A stretch of 41,492 nucleotides of DNA from an uncultured Cytophagales bacterium (GCA_945947725.1 CAMEYY010000001.1:1-41492), one strand, 5' to 3'; positions 9,894 to 20,129 are shown, numbered from the stretch's first letter. Numbers and translations: made by a program. The notes: generated by a model not told the origin, from the sequence alone.

Positions 9894-10706
9894 ATGAAAA
9901 ATTTTCGTTACGCCATAATTAGTACTTGTTTTGCTTTTTTCACTCACAATAATTCTATCGCTAGTCCAAAGATCGAATTGATCGCTTCCGATGAATCTTC
10001 ACATGTGTGTAAAATAGGGGTTTTTGCTGGATGGAATGCTCTTAGTGGTACTCAAACTTTTTCAAAATTGGTAGAGTTTCAAAAAAGTAAATTTTTAACT
10101 ACTAGTAAGAATCCAAAATTTAAGTCTGACTGGCTCAATTATAATACCGGTTTACATTTTGGATACACGCGTTTCTTTGATAGAAACTGGGGATGGAATG
10201 TGCTCGATACTCGAGGAGGATATAATAAATATGCAACCTACTCTGTCGTTGATAATACTAAAAATTCTTTCACATATAAAGGATTTTTTGTTGATGTAAT
10301 GTCTGGTATCGCTTATAATTTCAAAAAAGATGGTTTGGATTTCGAAGAAGGAAATCAATTTGGTAATCGTCTTGTCTTAAATTTTAACGCTGGAATAAAT
10401 TTTAACTTCTGTTCCTTCGCTATAAAAGGTAATCCTGATTTTACTGCGGAATTTCTTGATGCTCATTTCGACGGTACAACTCAGGGGTGGAGAATTGTTT
10501 GTGAACCTTCTATCGAATGGGTGAAAAACAATGGATTTTTAGCAAAAATGGCTCTTAATATGAATTTCTTAGGTCCTTGGAAATCTGAAAAAAATCAAGC
10601 TGAGGAATTCCTTTTACCTAAAAATAAAGTTCAAAAACTTCCTGGTACATTTTCTATCGCTCCTACCATCGAATTCGGTTGGGATTTCAGTGCTTTAATA
10701 AATTAA
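9894..10706 (+). CDS. Secreted protein, possible outer-membrane beta-barrel
   Basis: 270 aa with a signal peptide (..THNNSIA|SP). Alternating aromatic/Gly-rich segments (GYNKYATYSV, GINFNFCSF, IEFGWDF) suggest beta strands. No family recognised. Confidence 0.4.
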   Translation: MKNFRYAIISTCFAFFTHNNSIASPKIELIASDESSHVCKIGVFAGWNALSGTQTFSKLVEFQKSKFLTTSKNPKFKSDWLNYNTGLHFGYTRFFDRNWGWNVLDTRGGYNKYATYSVVDNTKNSFTYKGFFVDVMSGIAYNFKKDGLDFEEGNQFGNRLVLNFNAGINFNFCSFAIKGNPDFTAEFLDAHFDGTTQGWRIVCEPSIEWVKNNGFLAKMALNMNFLGPWKSEKNQAEEFLLPKNKVQKLPGTFSIAPTIEFGWDFSALIN

Positions 10707-10712
10707 AAAATA

Positions 10713-11420
10713 ATGAATGGAACTCTTTACCTCGTTCCCGTCGCTTTATCAACAACTTCTACTTTGCGTCAGTTTTTACCTGACTATAATCTCGAAATAA
10801 TTTTAAAAACGAAAAACTTTATCGTCGAAAACGCACGTACTGCTAGAAATTTTTTATCTTCATGCGGAAAAGAGAAAATTCAAAATCTAAACATACAGGA
10901 AATCGATAAACACAATCTCACTTTTGAACAAATAAAAACTTTTACAGATCCTCTTCTAAACGGAGAAGATATCGCCATTCTATCTGAAAGTGGATGCCCT
11001 TGTGTCGCCGATCCTGGTAATTTATTCGTTAAATATGCTCATGAAAAAAATATAAAAGTTATTCCTCTTGTAGGGCCTTCGTCGATGATTTTAGCTCTTA
11101 TGGCTTCTGGTTTGAATGGACAACAATTTTCTTTTCTTGGATATTTTCCAATGGATAAAACTGAACGTGAAAAAAAATTACAACAGATCATCAAAAATAT
11201 AAATACCTTTGATTCCACAGCTATCTTTATCGAAACTCCTTACCGTAATAATCAATTATTTCAATTCCTTATAAATTCTTTACCTCATGATCTTTCTTTA
11301 TGTGTGGCTATGGATATAACTGGACAAGACGAAAGTATAAAAACAAAGAAAGTGAAAGATTGGAAAAAAATAAAATACGAATTAGCAAAACTACCTACGA
11401 TCTTTTTGATTGGAGCTTAA
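10713..11420 (+). CDS. Tetrapyrrole-methylase-fold SAM-dependent methyltransferase, RsmI-like
   Basis: 235 aa. GTLYLVP N-terminus, SESGCPCVADPG and GPSS motifs as in RsmI / YraL-type 16S rRNA 2'-O-methyltransferases. Confidence 0.7.
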   Translation: MNGTLYLVPVALSTTSTLRQFLPDYNLEIILKTKNFIVENARTARNFLSSCGKEKIQNLNIQEIDKHNLTFEQIKTFTDPLLNGEDIAILSESGCPCVADPGNLFVKYAHEKNIKVIPLVGPSSMILALMASGLNGQQFSFLGYFPMDKTEREKKLQQIIKNINTFDSTAIFIETPYRNNQLFQFLINSLPHDLSLCVAMDITGQDESIKTKKVKDWKKIKYELAKLPTIFLIGA

Positions 11421-11428
11421 ATATTTTT

Positions 11429-11833
11429 ATGAAAAAAATGATCTTCGATAGGATTCGAAAAAAATATGTTACGCTTCTACCTGAAGAATGTGTAAGACAA
11501 AAGATGATCCTTTTTTTAACAAAAGAAAAAAAATTCCCCGAATCTCTGTTGAGCGTAGAACGTAAAATCGTTGATAATGGAAACTTTAGAAGCTTAAGAA
11601 CTGATATCGTCGTTTATGATAAAGATTCTCACAAACCTTTTATCCTTGTCGAGTGTAAATCTGAAAAAATAAAAATCACTAACCAAACCATAAAACAAAT
11701 CATGGAATACAATTCACTCATCAACGCAAAATTTATTGTCGTCACAAATGGTAAAGAAATTCTTTGTTTGGGAAGAGAAAAAGGAAAATATGAATTAACA
11801 AAAATTCCAAATTTTTGCACAAAAACAACTTGA
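11429..11833 (+). CDS. Small HsdR_N-type (type I restriction enzyme R N-terminal-like) PD-(D/E)xK-fold protein
   Basis: I prefer the ATG at 11429 (MKKMIFDRIRKKYV...). The 11300 start would overlap the previous gene. Motifs are RTDIVVY ... LVECK (D...ExK). Confidence 0.65.
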   Translation: MKKMIFDRIRKKYVTLLPEECVRQKMILFLTKEKKFPESLLSVERKIVDNGNFRSLRTDIVVYDKDSHKPFILVECKSEKIKITNQTIKQIMEYNSLINAKFIVVTNGKEILCLGREKGKYELTKIPNFCTKTT

Positions 11834-11928
11834 TATTATTTTATTATCTTAAAAATTAGATTTTAGTAGAAAAATACTAATTATTCTTACATTCATTCAA
11901 TCAATTCTTAAATTTATGGTAGATTGGT

Positions 11929-13194
11929 ATGAAAAAAGTTGCTTTATTCAAACTTGGATTTTTGACAAGCATGTTATTAAATTGTGGTCTTCAAAATAAT
12001 CAAACTAAGAGATTATCATCTGACAATTTTGGAAATATAAAAAAAGATTTAAAAACTCGCGAAACTTACGTTCAGAGTCAAAATAATCAAAACGACCAAA
12101 AACAAACCTCGACAAAATTAAATCAAACTACATCTGTAACACTTATAGATCTTGAAAAAAAACTTAATGAAAATATACAGGAAATAGAAAATTTAAAAAC
12201 ACAATCTGCTCAACAACAAATAGATTCACAAGCATTGGAAACTCAAAAACAGAAACTTGAAAATTTTACAACAATACTTACAGATAAAGACAATCAGATT
12301 AAAGAATGTCAAACAAAAATAAATCAATTAAAATTAACAATCGAACAACAGAAGAATGATTTACTTCAACAGATTAATGATCAAAAAGAACAAATTGAAA
12401 ATGAAATTAAAAAAAAGGAGAAAAACATAAAAGCATCAGATACTACGGAAGAGTCAAAGGAAGAAAAATCTAAGAAAAAAGAAAAAGCTAAAAAAATTGA
12501 AACTTTACAACAAATCAATGATTTAAATGGAATTACAACTAAAACACAAGAACTTGAAAAACAACTTCAAGCTCAAAGACAAAAACTTACAAATCTTGAG
12601 AACGAATTTAAACAAAAGTTTGAAACTCAGAAAAAACAAATAGAGAGTGATAAAGAAAAATTAGAGACAATAAAAAATTTACAACAACAACAACAGAATA
12701 CAAATTCAGAAAATCTTAACAAGCAAAAAGACGAATTGGAAAAGTTAAAAAAAGAGATTCAGAGTGCAAAAGAAAAGACAACAGTAAAATCAGAGTCTAA
12801 GTGTAAAATATCAAAACAAGAACTTGAAACACTTAAAGCAGAACTTACCGAGAAGATTAATAAAAAAGCTGATCAAACTACTTTAACAGAATTAGAAAAT
12901 ATTATTAAAGAAAAATCAGAGACAATAAAAAATTTACAAAAACAAATTCAAGAACAGCAAGACGCTTTGAAAGATGTGCAAGTTCAAAAACAAAACCTTG
13001 AAAAATTAGAACAAAAACTAAAAGCTAATTTAGAGCAACTAAAAAAAGAATTTACAAAGAACAATAAGGAAAACAAACAAGCAACATCATCTCTGAACGC
13101 ACTTTTAAAACAGCAAACAATATTGGTAAATAATTTCCAACAAGATACTAACGAAAACCTTTCTCAATTGGATACAATAAAAAAAACAATTTGA
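11929..13194 (+). CDS. Q/N/K/E-rich coiled-coil lipoprotein, 5' part of a frameshifted longer gene
   Basis: Signal plus Cys (MKKVALFKLGFLTSMLLNC|G), followed by about 400 aa of heptad-like low-complexity sequence. It terminates just after an A8 run at 13179-13186. Confidence 0.7.
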   Translation: MKKVALFKLGFLTSMLLNCGLQNNQTKRLSSDNFGNIKKDLKTRETYVQSQNNQNDQKQTSTKLNQTTSVTLIDLEKKLNENIQEIENLKTQSAQQQIDSQALETQKQKLENFTTILTDKDNQIKECQTKINQLKLTIEQQKNDLLQQINDQKEQIENEIKKKEKNIKASDTTEESKEEKSKKKEKAKKIETLQQINDLNGITTKTQELEKQLQAQRQKLTNLENEFKQKFETQKKQIESDKEKLETIKNLQQQQQNTNSENLNKQKDELEKLKKEIQSAKEKTTVKSESKCKISKQELETLKAELTEKINKKADQTTLTELENIIKEKSETIKNLQKQIQEQQDALKDVQVQKQNLEKLEQKLKANLEQLKKEFTKNNKENKQATSSLNALLKQQTILVNNFQQDTNENLSQLDTIKKTI

Positions 13195-13753
13195 TCAGTT
13201 TAAACAAGAAACAAAGCAAACATTAGAGTCTTTACAAAAACAAAATACACAACTACAAGGAGAGATTTCGTCAAAACATGAAGAAATACAACAAATTCAA
13301 AAAGTACTTTCTGAAATTAAAAAACAAGGAGAAGAAATTGAAAAACAATTTAAACAAACATTAAATAATGATAAACAATATTTAATAGACAATTTCAGTG
13401 AATCAATAGAAGATATCCAAGATATTCTTGAAGAAAAAGCAGATCAAGATAAGATTAACAAACTTGAAGAGAATCTTAAGGATTCTATTGAAGAAATAAC
13501 AAGGAAGTTACAAAAACAAAATCTTGCAATTATAACTATAAAAAATTATCTTTTAGAAAAATTTTCTTTTTCCCCTTTGAAAAAAGAAAATTTTAAGAAA
13601 AAATTTGCGGATATTGATGAAACTAATATTGTATCACCAAGATTTATACATAATAGTCCTAATGGTTCTCAATCAAATACTAAAACAAAATGTTCACCAT
13701 TATACCAAAGTTCAAGTTTTACTGTAAGTACAAAGAAAGATAACAAACCTTAA
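13187..13753 (+). pseudogene. Out-of-frame continuation of the coiled-coil lipoprotein (188 codons, no internal Met)
   Basis: My translation gives an open frame from 13187 (QFDQFKQETKQTLESLQKQNTQLQGEISSKHEEIQQIQ...KKDNKP, stop at 13751-13753). It has the same coiled-coil character. It is absent from the ORF track only because it has no Met. Confidence 0.6.
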
Positions 13754-13789
13754 AATAACCAAATTATACAGGATATCTATTAAAATTAG

Positions 13790-13915
13790 AACAGAAATTA
13801 GCCGAGCTACAAGATGAAATTACAAAAAATTAGACGCTCTATTAGTTACACTTGAAACTCAAAAAAAAACAACAACAAGATCTTCAACAGAACTAGAAAA
13901 AAAGTAGGAAAAATT
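13790..13915 (+). pseudogene. Decayed fragments of a further coiled-coil paralog
   Basis: Short coiled-coil-like reading frames (LEQKLAELQDEITKN*, KLDALLVTLETQKK...) interrupted by stops and frameshifts at A6 and A9 runs. Confidence 0.4.
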
Positions 13916-14097
13916 ATTTATTCAGAATCCAAATCTTTAATAAACTTTAAACAAAACATAGGATTATAAATTATATACTTTTTTACTAACAAAAGAAATT
14001 AAGATCATATTAATTTCAAAATTTTTGAATATTAATTTTAAATTAATATATTTTTTAATATACATTTTTATGAATTTTTAATAAACGTTGTTATAAT

Positions 14098-15669
14098 ATG
14101 AAACGAACCATTAACTTTTTTAAAATTATATTTTTAACCAATCTACCTTATAATTGTACAGTCAAAGAACCTGATAATGCATGCAATGAAACTTATCAAT
14201 CTCTCAAGAATTTGAAAAAACAAACTTCAATACAGATAGAAGATAATAATGATAGACAAACTCGTAATTTTGATAATTTCAAAAATGATTTTCAAGGGCA
14301 AATCAATAATGTTTTTATGCAACTGGACGAACAAAAAACAACTAATAACAACTTATCAAATGGTATTAAAACACAATTTAAAAAGGAAATAGAAGCACTT
14401 AAAACACAGCTTGGACAACAACAACAAAAGCTTAAACAACAAGATGAGACAATAGAAAAGTTAAATAATGAACTTAAAAATAAAGCTGACAACAATATAT
14501 TAGTTGATTTTGATGATCTTAAAAGTAAACTTAATGATCAAACAAAGGAATTAAATAATCTTAAAACACAACAACAAGAGCTTAAAACACAAAAAGAAAA
14601 TCTTGAAAATAAACTTAATGATGAAATAGATAAATTCAAAAATGAGCTTAATGAGCTTAAAGAAAAACTTATAAAACAAAATACGTCACTTGTAAATCAA
14701 AAAGAGGATATATATGAACAATTCAAAAAGCTAACAGATGATTTTAAAACTAAGTTTGAAGATTTAGCAAGTAAAATTAAAAACGAAAACGAACAAAAAT
14801 TAAACGATGTAACTAACTCAATTGTAAATGATATTAATGAACTAAATAAACAACTTACCGAACTGAGAAATCAAATAACGAGTATGAAATCTAACCTCAG
14901 TGAAAAAGTAGATCAAACCAAAATTGAGGAAATAAAAAAACAAATTCAAAAAGCTCTTAACGAGTACTTAGATGAGAAGGTAAACAATCTAGAAGAAATT
15001 AACACACAACAAAAACAAAAATTAGATGATCAAACAAAGGAATTAGATAATCTTAAAACACAACAACAAGAGCTTAAAACACAAAAAGAAAATCTTGAAA
15101 ATAAACTTAATGGTGAAATAGGAAAATTCAAAGATGAGCTTGATAAGTTTAAAAAACAACTTGACGAACAAAAGAACAATGCTGAATCGTTATTAGAAAA
15201 ACTAAACAAACAAGATGCAGAACTGAATGAACTAAAGAATGCACTTAAGGAAATAAAATTATTAGAAAGTAAAATCGAAGAATTGGGAAAAGACATTAAC
15301 CAACAAAAAGAAGATTTTAATAATCAATTTCAAAAACAAAATGAAACGCTTGGCAAGAAAGCTGACGAAGAGCAGCTTAACAATGAAATAAAACAACGAG
15401 AAGATGCACTTAACAATCAAACACATGATTTGTTTTGTGTTAAGGCTAAGATTTCTAATATATTATTAGGCATTTTGGATCTCTTTAGGAAAGATTTTAT
15501 AGCACTACAAGCAAAAATCAATGCAATACAAACAAATAAAAATAATACGAGTGTTAATCTAAATAGTTTGATGGGAAAAATTGAGGCGTTGGATAAGGAT
15601 CTTCAGAATCTTTTTGAAAGAAAAAAGGAAAATATTTTTGAAAACAGAAATGAAGGAGGTAATGAATAA
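14098..15669 (+). CDS. Q/N/K/E-rich coiled-coil lipoprotein paralog
   Basis: 523 aa, signal plus Cys (..FLTNLPYNC|T), coiled-coil composition. An internal direct repeat of ~110 bp occurs at 14536 and 15028. Confidence 0.7.
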   Translation: MKRTINFFKIIFLTNLPYNCTVKEPDNACNETYQSLKNLKKQTSIQIEDNNDRQTRNFDNFKNDFQGQINNVFMQLDEQKTTNNNLSNGIKTQFKKEIEALKTQLGQQQQKLKQQDETIEKLNNELKNKADNNILVDFDDLKSKLNDQTKELNNLKTQQQELKTQKENLENKLNDEIDKFKNELNELKEKLIKQNTSLVNQKEDIYEQFKKLTDDFKTKFEDLASKIKNENEQKLNDVTNSIVNDINELNKQLTELRNQITSMKSNLSEKVDQTKIEEIKKQIQKALNEYLDEKVNNLEEINTQQKQKLDDQTKELDNLKTQQQELKTQKENLENKLNGEIGKFKDELDKFKKQLDEQKNNAESLLEKLNKQDAELNELKNALKEIKLLESKIEELGKDINQQKEDFNNQFQKQNETLGKKADEEQLNNEIKQREDALNNQTHDLFCVKAKISNILLGILDLFRKDFIALQAKINAIQTNKNNTSVNLNSLMGKIEALDKDLQNLFERKKENIFENRNEGGNE

Positions 15670-15676
15670 TTTTTTA

Positions 15677-18268
15677 TTATATCAATTTTTTTACAAAATC
15701 AACAATTTGAGGAATAAATTTATCTGTTTTTAAAATAGCGATATTAGCATTTCCACCTCCGTGCATACCGGTAAAATTTTCAGAGATCTTTTTTGTTAAA
15801 ACATTAGCCGGAATATCTTTATACGAAGATCCAATACAAATTAAGATATTTTTATTTTCATCCACCATTTCAAAAAGTGATACAACTTCCAGATTTGTCG
15901 CCAAATTATTGAAAATAACACGCAAGAGACCAGACTCCATCAAATCAATTTTTTCAAAAACGAAATTTTTATTATTAATGACTTCAATATCTCTAGCAAA
16001 TTTTTCAGCAAATAATGACGAAATTTTATTTCGATAGTAACCTAATAAATTTTCATGAACAGAATACTCATTCAACATTTTCTTAGTTGCAGATACAGGA
16101 TCTTTTTTATTACAAAGCATCACTCCAATATCAAACAACTGTTTAGAAGAATTTTCATAATAATTTAAAGCAGCAAGACCAGCCACAGCCTCTATCCTCT
16201 TAACACCTCGCGCAATAGTTTCAATATTAATAATTTTACAACAAATAATCTCTTTAGAATTTTTAACGTGCGTTCCTCCACAAAGTTCTATTGAGAAATC
16301 TCCAAATTTTATAACTCGAACTTTATCTCCATATTTATTTTCAAAAAGACACATCGCCCCCATCTTTTTGGCTTCCTCAAAATCAACATTATTCAATTCC
16401 GTTAAAACTAAATCCTCTCGAATCTTATCATTCAAAACTTTTTCAATAGCTTCACGTTTTTCCCCTATCATGTTATCGTTGCAACTAAAATCAAAACGGA
16501 AATATTTATCACAAATATAAGATCCTCTCTGCTCAATTTGATTGCCTAAAACTTTTCGTAAACTTGCCTGTAAAAAATGTGTTGCAGAATGATGAACAGT
16601 TATTAATTTCCTTCTTTCAATGTCGATCTTAGCAAAAACTTCAGAATTAAGATTTTTAGGTAATGTCTCTGTTACAATAAAAATTAAACCGAAAGATTTT
16701 TTAGTATCCAAAACTTCTATTTCTTCTCCATCACAAATAATCACCCCAATATCTCCAACTTGTCCTCCACACTCTCCATAAAAAGGACTATTTTCTAGTA
16801 TTAAATGATAAAAAACTTTTCCAGAACATTCATATTTTCGATATCCTAACAAAGAAGTTTTCGTTTCAAAAGTATCATATCCAATGAAAGTTTGTTTTCC
16901 TGGTTTTACCTCTGTCCAAGATCCTTCTATATCAACAAATGATGTAGCTCGAGATCTTTGTTTTTGTTCTTTTAAAGCCTGATTAAACGATTCTCTATCA
17001 TAAGATAAATCATTTTCTTTCAAGATAAGTTCGGTCAAGTCAGCTGGAAAACCAAAAGTATCATACAATTCAAAAACAACACGCCCATCGATAATAGGTT
17101 TTGAGTTATTCTTTATTATTTCATCCAATTTATAGATTCCTCGACTTATCGTTCGTAAAAAATCTTCCTCTTCTTGTTTGATAAGATCTTGAATGAAAAG
17201 TTGTTTAACTTCTATTTCAGGTTTGATATAACGATATTGAACAACAACATTATTGGTTAAACTATATAAACAAGGTTCTTTCAAATCTAAGAAAGAATAA
17301 CCATACCTTATTGCTCTTCTTAAAATTCTTCTGATAACATATCCTTCTTTAACATTACTAGGAAGAACTCCATCACAAATAGCAACAACCACGGCACGTA
17401 TATGATCGGAGATAACTCGCATTGCAATGTCCACTTTTTTATTAACCCCGTATTTATAATCAGAAATATTTTCAAGGCCGTAGATATATGGCAAGAAAAG
17501 ATCAGAATCATAATTAGATTTTTTATTTTGTAAAATTCTTACAAGACGTTCAAATCCCATTCCAGTATCAACGTAGTGATTATTCAAAAGTTTTAAACTA
17601 CCATCTTTAAGTCTTTCATATTGCATGAAAACCAAGTTCCAAATTTCAATAACTTCTGGATTATCTTTATTTACAAGTTCACGTCCAGGAATTTCTGATA
17701 TATCATCACGTAAATCAACATGGATTTCAGAGCAAGGGCCACAAGGTCCTATTTCTCCCATTTCCCAGAAATTATCTTTTTTATTTCCTAAAACGATATG
17801 ATCTTCAGGGACAATCTTCTTCCACAAATTATAAGCTTCATCATCTTTATCCAGTCCATCTTCTCTCGATCCTCCAAAAACCGTAACATAAATTCTTTCT
17901 TTAGGAAGTTTATAACGCTCTGTTAAAAGTTCATACGACCATTCGATAATTTCTTTTTTAAAATAATCACCGATAGACCAGTTACCCAACATTTCAAAAA
18001 GAGTATGATGATAAGTGTCGACACCAACTTCATCCAAGTCATTATGTTTACCAGAGACTCTCAAACAAAGCTGCGAATTGAAAAGACGTTTGTCGGATAT
18101 AGTTTTATTCCCTAAAAAAATATCTTTAAACTGCACCATCCCAGAATTCGTAAACATGATTGTCGGATCATTCGGTTGTAATATCGAAGACTGAGGTACG
18201 TAGATATGATTTTTACTTTTAAAGAAATCAAAAAAAGTTTGTCTTATCTCTCCGCTGAATGGTATCAT
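15677..18268 (-). CDS. alaS: Alanine--tRNA ligase
   Basis: 863 aa. N-terminus FTNSGMVQFKD, HHTLFEMLGNWSIGDYFK, editing-domain HSATH, and a C-terminal DHHA1-like GGGN. Confidence 0.95.
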   Translation of the reverse strand: MIPFSGEIRQTFFDFFKSKNHIYVPQSSILQPNDPTIMFTNSGMVQFKDIFLGNKTISDKRLFNSQLCLRVSGKHNDLDEVGVDTYHHTLFEMLGNWSIGDYFKKEIIEWSYELLTERYKLPKERIYVTVFGGSREDGLDKDDEAYNLWKKIVPEDHIVLGNKKDNFWEMGEIGPCGPCSEIHVDLRDDISEIPGRELVNKDNPEVIEIWNLVFMQYERLKDGSLKLLNNHYVDTGMGFERLVRILQNKKSNYDSDLFLPYIYGLENISDYKYGVNKKVDIAMRVISDHIRAVVVAICDGVLPSNVKEGYVIRRILRRAIRYGYSFLDLKEPCLYSLTNNVVVQYRYIKPEIEVKQLFIQDLIKQEEEDFLRTISRGIYKLDEIIKNNSKPIIDGRVVFELYDTFGFPADLTELILKENDLSYDRESFNQALKEQKQRSRATSFVDIEGSWTEVKPGKQTFIGYDTFETKTSLLGYRKYECSGKVFYHLILENSPFYGECGGQVGDIGVIICDGEEIEVLDTKKSFGLIFIVTETLPKNLNSEVFAKIDIERRKLITVHHSATHFLQASLRKVLGNQIEQRGSYICDKYFRFDFSCNDNMIGEKREAIEKVLNDKIREDLVLTELNNVDFEEAKKMGAMCLFENKYGDKVRVIKFGDFSIELCGGTHVKNSKEIICCKIINIETIARGVKRIEAVAGLAALNYYENSSKQLFDIGVMLCNKKDPVSATKKMLNEYSVHENLLGYYRNKISSLFAEKFARDIEVINNKNFVFEKIDLMESGLLRVIFNNLATNLEVVSLFEMVDENKNILICIGSSYKDIPANVLTKKISENFTGMHGGGNANIAILKTDKFIPQIVDFVKKLI

Positions 18269-18313
18269 AATATCAAAACTATAAATGTAATTTTAACTAT
18301 AATCTCGTTGAAT

Positions 18314-19264
18314 ATGATCAGCAATGATATCGATTTAGCTGCAAAACTTTTGAAACAAGGAGAGATTGTTGCAATTCCTACCGAAACAGTATATGGACTT
18401 GCTGCTAATGCTTATAATCCTGAAGCTGTTGAAAAAATTTTTATTGCTAAACAAAGACCTAAAAATGATCCTCTAATCGTTCATATTCATGATGTCAAAC
18501 AGCTCGAAGATATGATAGGAGAAATCCCTAATAATGCTTCTATTCTGTTTAATCATTTCTGGCCTGGCCCTCTGACAATTTTATTTAAGAATAGCAAGAA
18601 AAAAGTTCCTGATATCGTCAATTCTGGAAGTCCATATGTTGCTGTAAGATTACCTAAAAATGAATTAACATTACGTTTGTTGAGTAAATTGGATTTTCCT
18701 ATCGCTGCTCCAAGTGCTAATTTATTTCAAAAAACAAGTCCTACAACTCCTCAACATGTTGACAAACAATTTGGTAATAAAATTCCAATGATTTTAGATG
18801 GAGGTGCATGTAACGTTGGTGTTGAATCAACTATTGTCGGTTTCGATGAAGAAGATGAAAAAACTATCAATGTTTATCGTTTAGGAGGTATCACTGTTGA
18901 AAATCTAAAAAGCGTTATGCACGGTTTTAATATCGTCGTCAAAGGAGGAAATTATAATTTACCAGGAAATGCAAAACTTCATTATTCAACAAATAAACCT
19001 TTGATCTTGGGAAATATTGATGAACTTTTACTCGAACATAAAGATAAAAAAATAGGTATTTTAAGTTTTCAAAAAAATTATAATAGTGAGTTTCAATTTA
19101 TCTTGAGTGAAAAAGGAAATCTGGAAGAAGCTGCTCAAAATTTGTATAAAGGAATGCAAATCTTAGATGCTATGCCTGTTGATATTATTTTAACTGAACT
19201 TGTTCCTGATAATCACATTGGTAGAGCTATAAACGATAGACTAATTCGTGCTGCGGCTAAATAA
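18314..19264 (+). CDS. tsaC: L-threonylcarbamoyladenylate synthase, Sua5/YrdC type with C-terminal Sua5 domain
   Basis: I prefer the ATG at 18314; the 18206 start overlaps alaS. Motifs are IPTETVYGLAANA, KQRPKNDPLIVHI and AAPSAN. Confidence 0.85.
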   Translation: MISNDIDLAAKLLKQGEIVAIPTETVYGLAANAYNPEAVEKIFIAKQRPKNDPLIVHIHDVKQLEDMIGEIPNNASILFNHFWPGPLTILFKNSKKKVPDIVNSGSPYVAVRLPKNELTLRLLSKLDFPIAAPSANLFQKTSPTTPQHVDKQFGNKIPMILDGGACNVGVESTIVGFDEEDEKTINVYRLGGITVENLKSVMHGFNIVVKGGNYNLPGNAKLHYSTNKPLILGNIDELLLEHKDKKIGILSFQKNYNSEFQFILSEKGNLEEAAQNLYKGMQILDAMPVDIILTELVPDNHIGRAINDRLIRAAAK

Positions 19265-19304
19265 TTTTTATTTTTCAATTTTTAGGTATTATCCTTATTA
19301 TATC

Positions 19305-19376
19305 GGTCGTGTAGTTCAATGGATAGAATAGAAGTTTCCTAAACTTTTGATGCAGGTTCGATTCCTACCATGGCCA
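19305..19376 (+). tRNA. tRNA-Arg (anticodon CCT)
   Basis: Hand-folded cloverleaf. Acceptor GGTCGTG/CATGGCC (two G-U pairs); D arm GTTC-AATGGATA-GAAT; anticodon stem GAAGT/ACTTT with loop TTCCTAA. T arm GCAGG-TTCGATT-CCTAC (one C-A mismatch), 4-nt variable loop, discriminator A. CCA is not encoded. Confidence 0.75.
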
Positions 19377-19400
19377 CATCTTACTACTCACGATAGTTAA

Positions 19401-20129
19401 CTACTGAATAGCACCAACTAAAGATAAATTATTAAGAAACTCTCCATTTTTATTCTGTTTTAAACGTAAAATGTTTTCATAGTAAACGTTATAATACTGA
19501 GGTAAAATATTACAGAAAAACAAATAAATTAAAAACTCTTGACCTTTAACATTCAGTTTTACATAAGATTCCGAATAAGCTTTTAGATAATCACTTAGTT
19601 TTTTAAAAGCTTCAACACTGTTTTTCAATTTTTCTATACTTTCGACGTTCTTCTTGTAATCATCTAAATTGTTTTTCAGGTTTTCAAAGTACTGAATATT
19701 ATCCTCTAAAAATTTTTCAACAACTTTATATAATACCGTATTAAAATTGTCGCTTTCAGGAATTTTATATTTTTCTAAAATATTTACATCCATACATTCC
19801 TTAGGGAGATGCTGCAAAAGATTTTTTTGATCCTTAAGACGTCCTTCGCTAAATTTTTGATTTAGGATTTTAAATATTTCCTCTTCGTTTGCTTTAAGAT
19901 TTTTGGTAGAACAGTTGCAAAAGAAATTAAGATTTTCCTTTTTATCTTGTACATCTTTATAATTCAAGACATTACTTATACTTCTTAAACAATCCAAAGC
20001 AGCAAAATTTTCATAGACTATCTTATTTATTTCTTGGAGTTCCGTTTTTTTTACTGGTGCTTGATGTTGATCTTTTTCGATATTACAATTTAACAGCAAA
20101 CATAGGAATAAGGTTTTCCATTTTTTCAT
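19401..20129 (-). CDS. Predicted lipoprotein, unknown function
   Basis: I prefer the ATG at 20129 (MKKWKTLFLCLLLNC|N). The longer 20252 start would overlap dnaN. Helical, K/E/N-rich. Confidence 0.5.
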   Translation of the reverse strand: MKKWKTLFLCLLLNCNIEKDQHQAPVKKTELQEINKIVYENFAALDCLRSISNVLNYKDVQDKKENLNFFCNCSTKNLKANEEEIFKILNQKFSEGRLKDQKNLLQHLPKECMDVNILEKYKIPESDNFNTVLYKVVEKFLEDNIQYFENLKNNLDDYKKNVESIEKLKNSVEAFKKLSDYLKAYSESYVKLNVKGQEFLIYLFFCNILPQYYNVYYENILRLKQNKNGEFLNNLSLVGAIQ

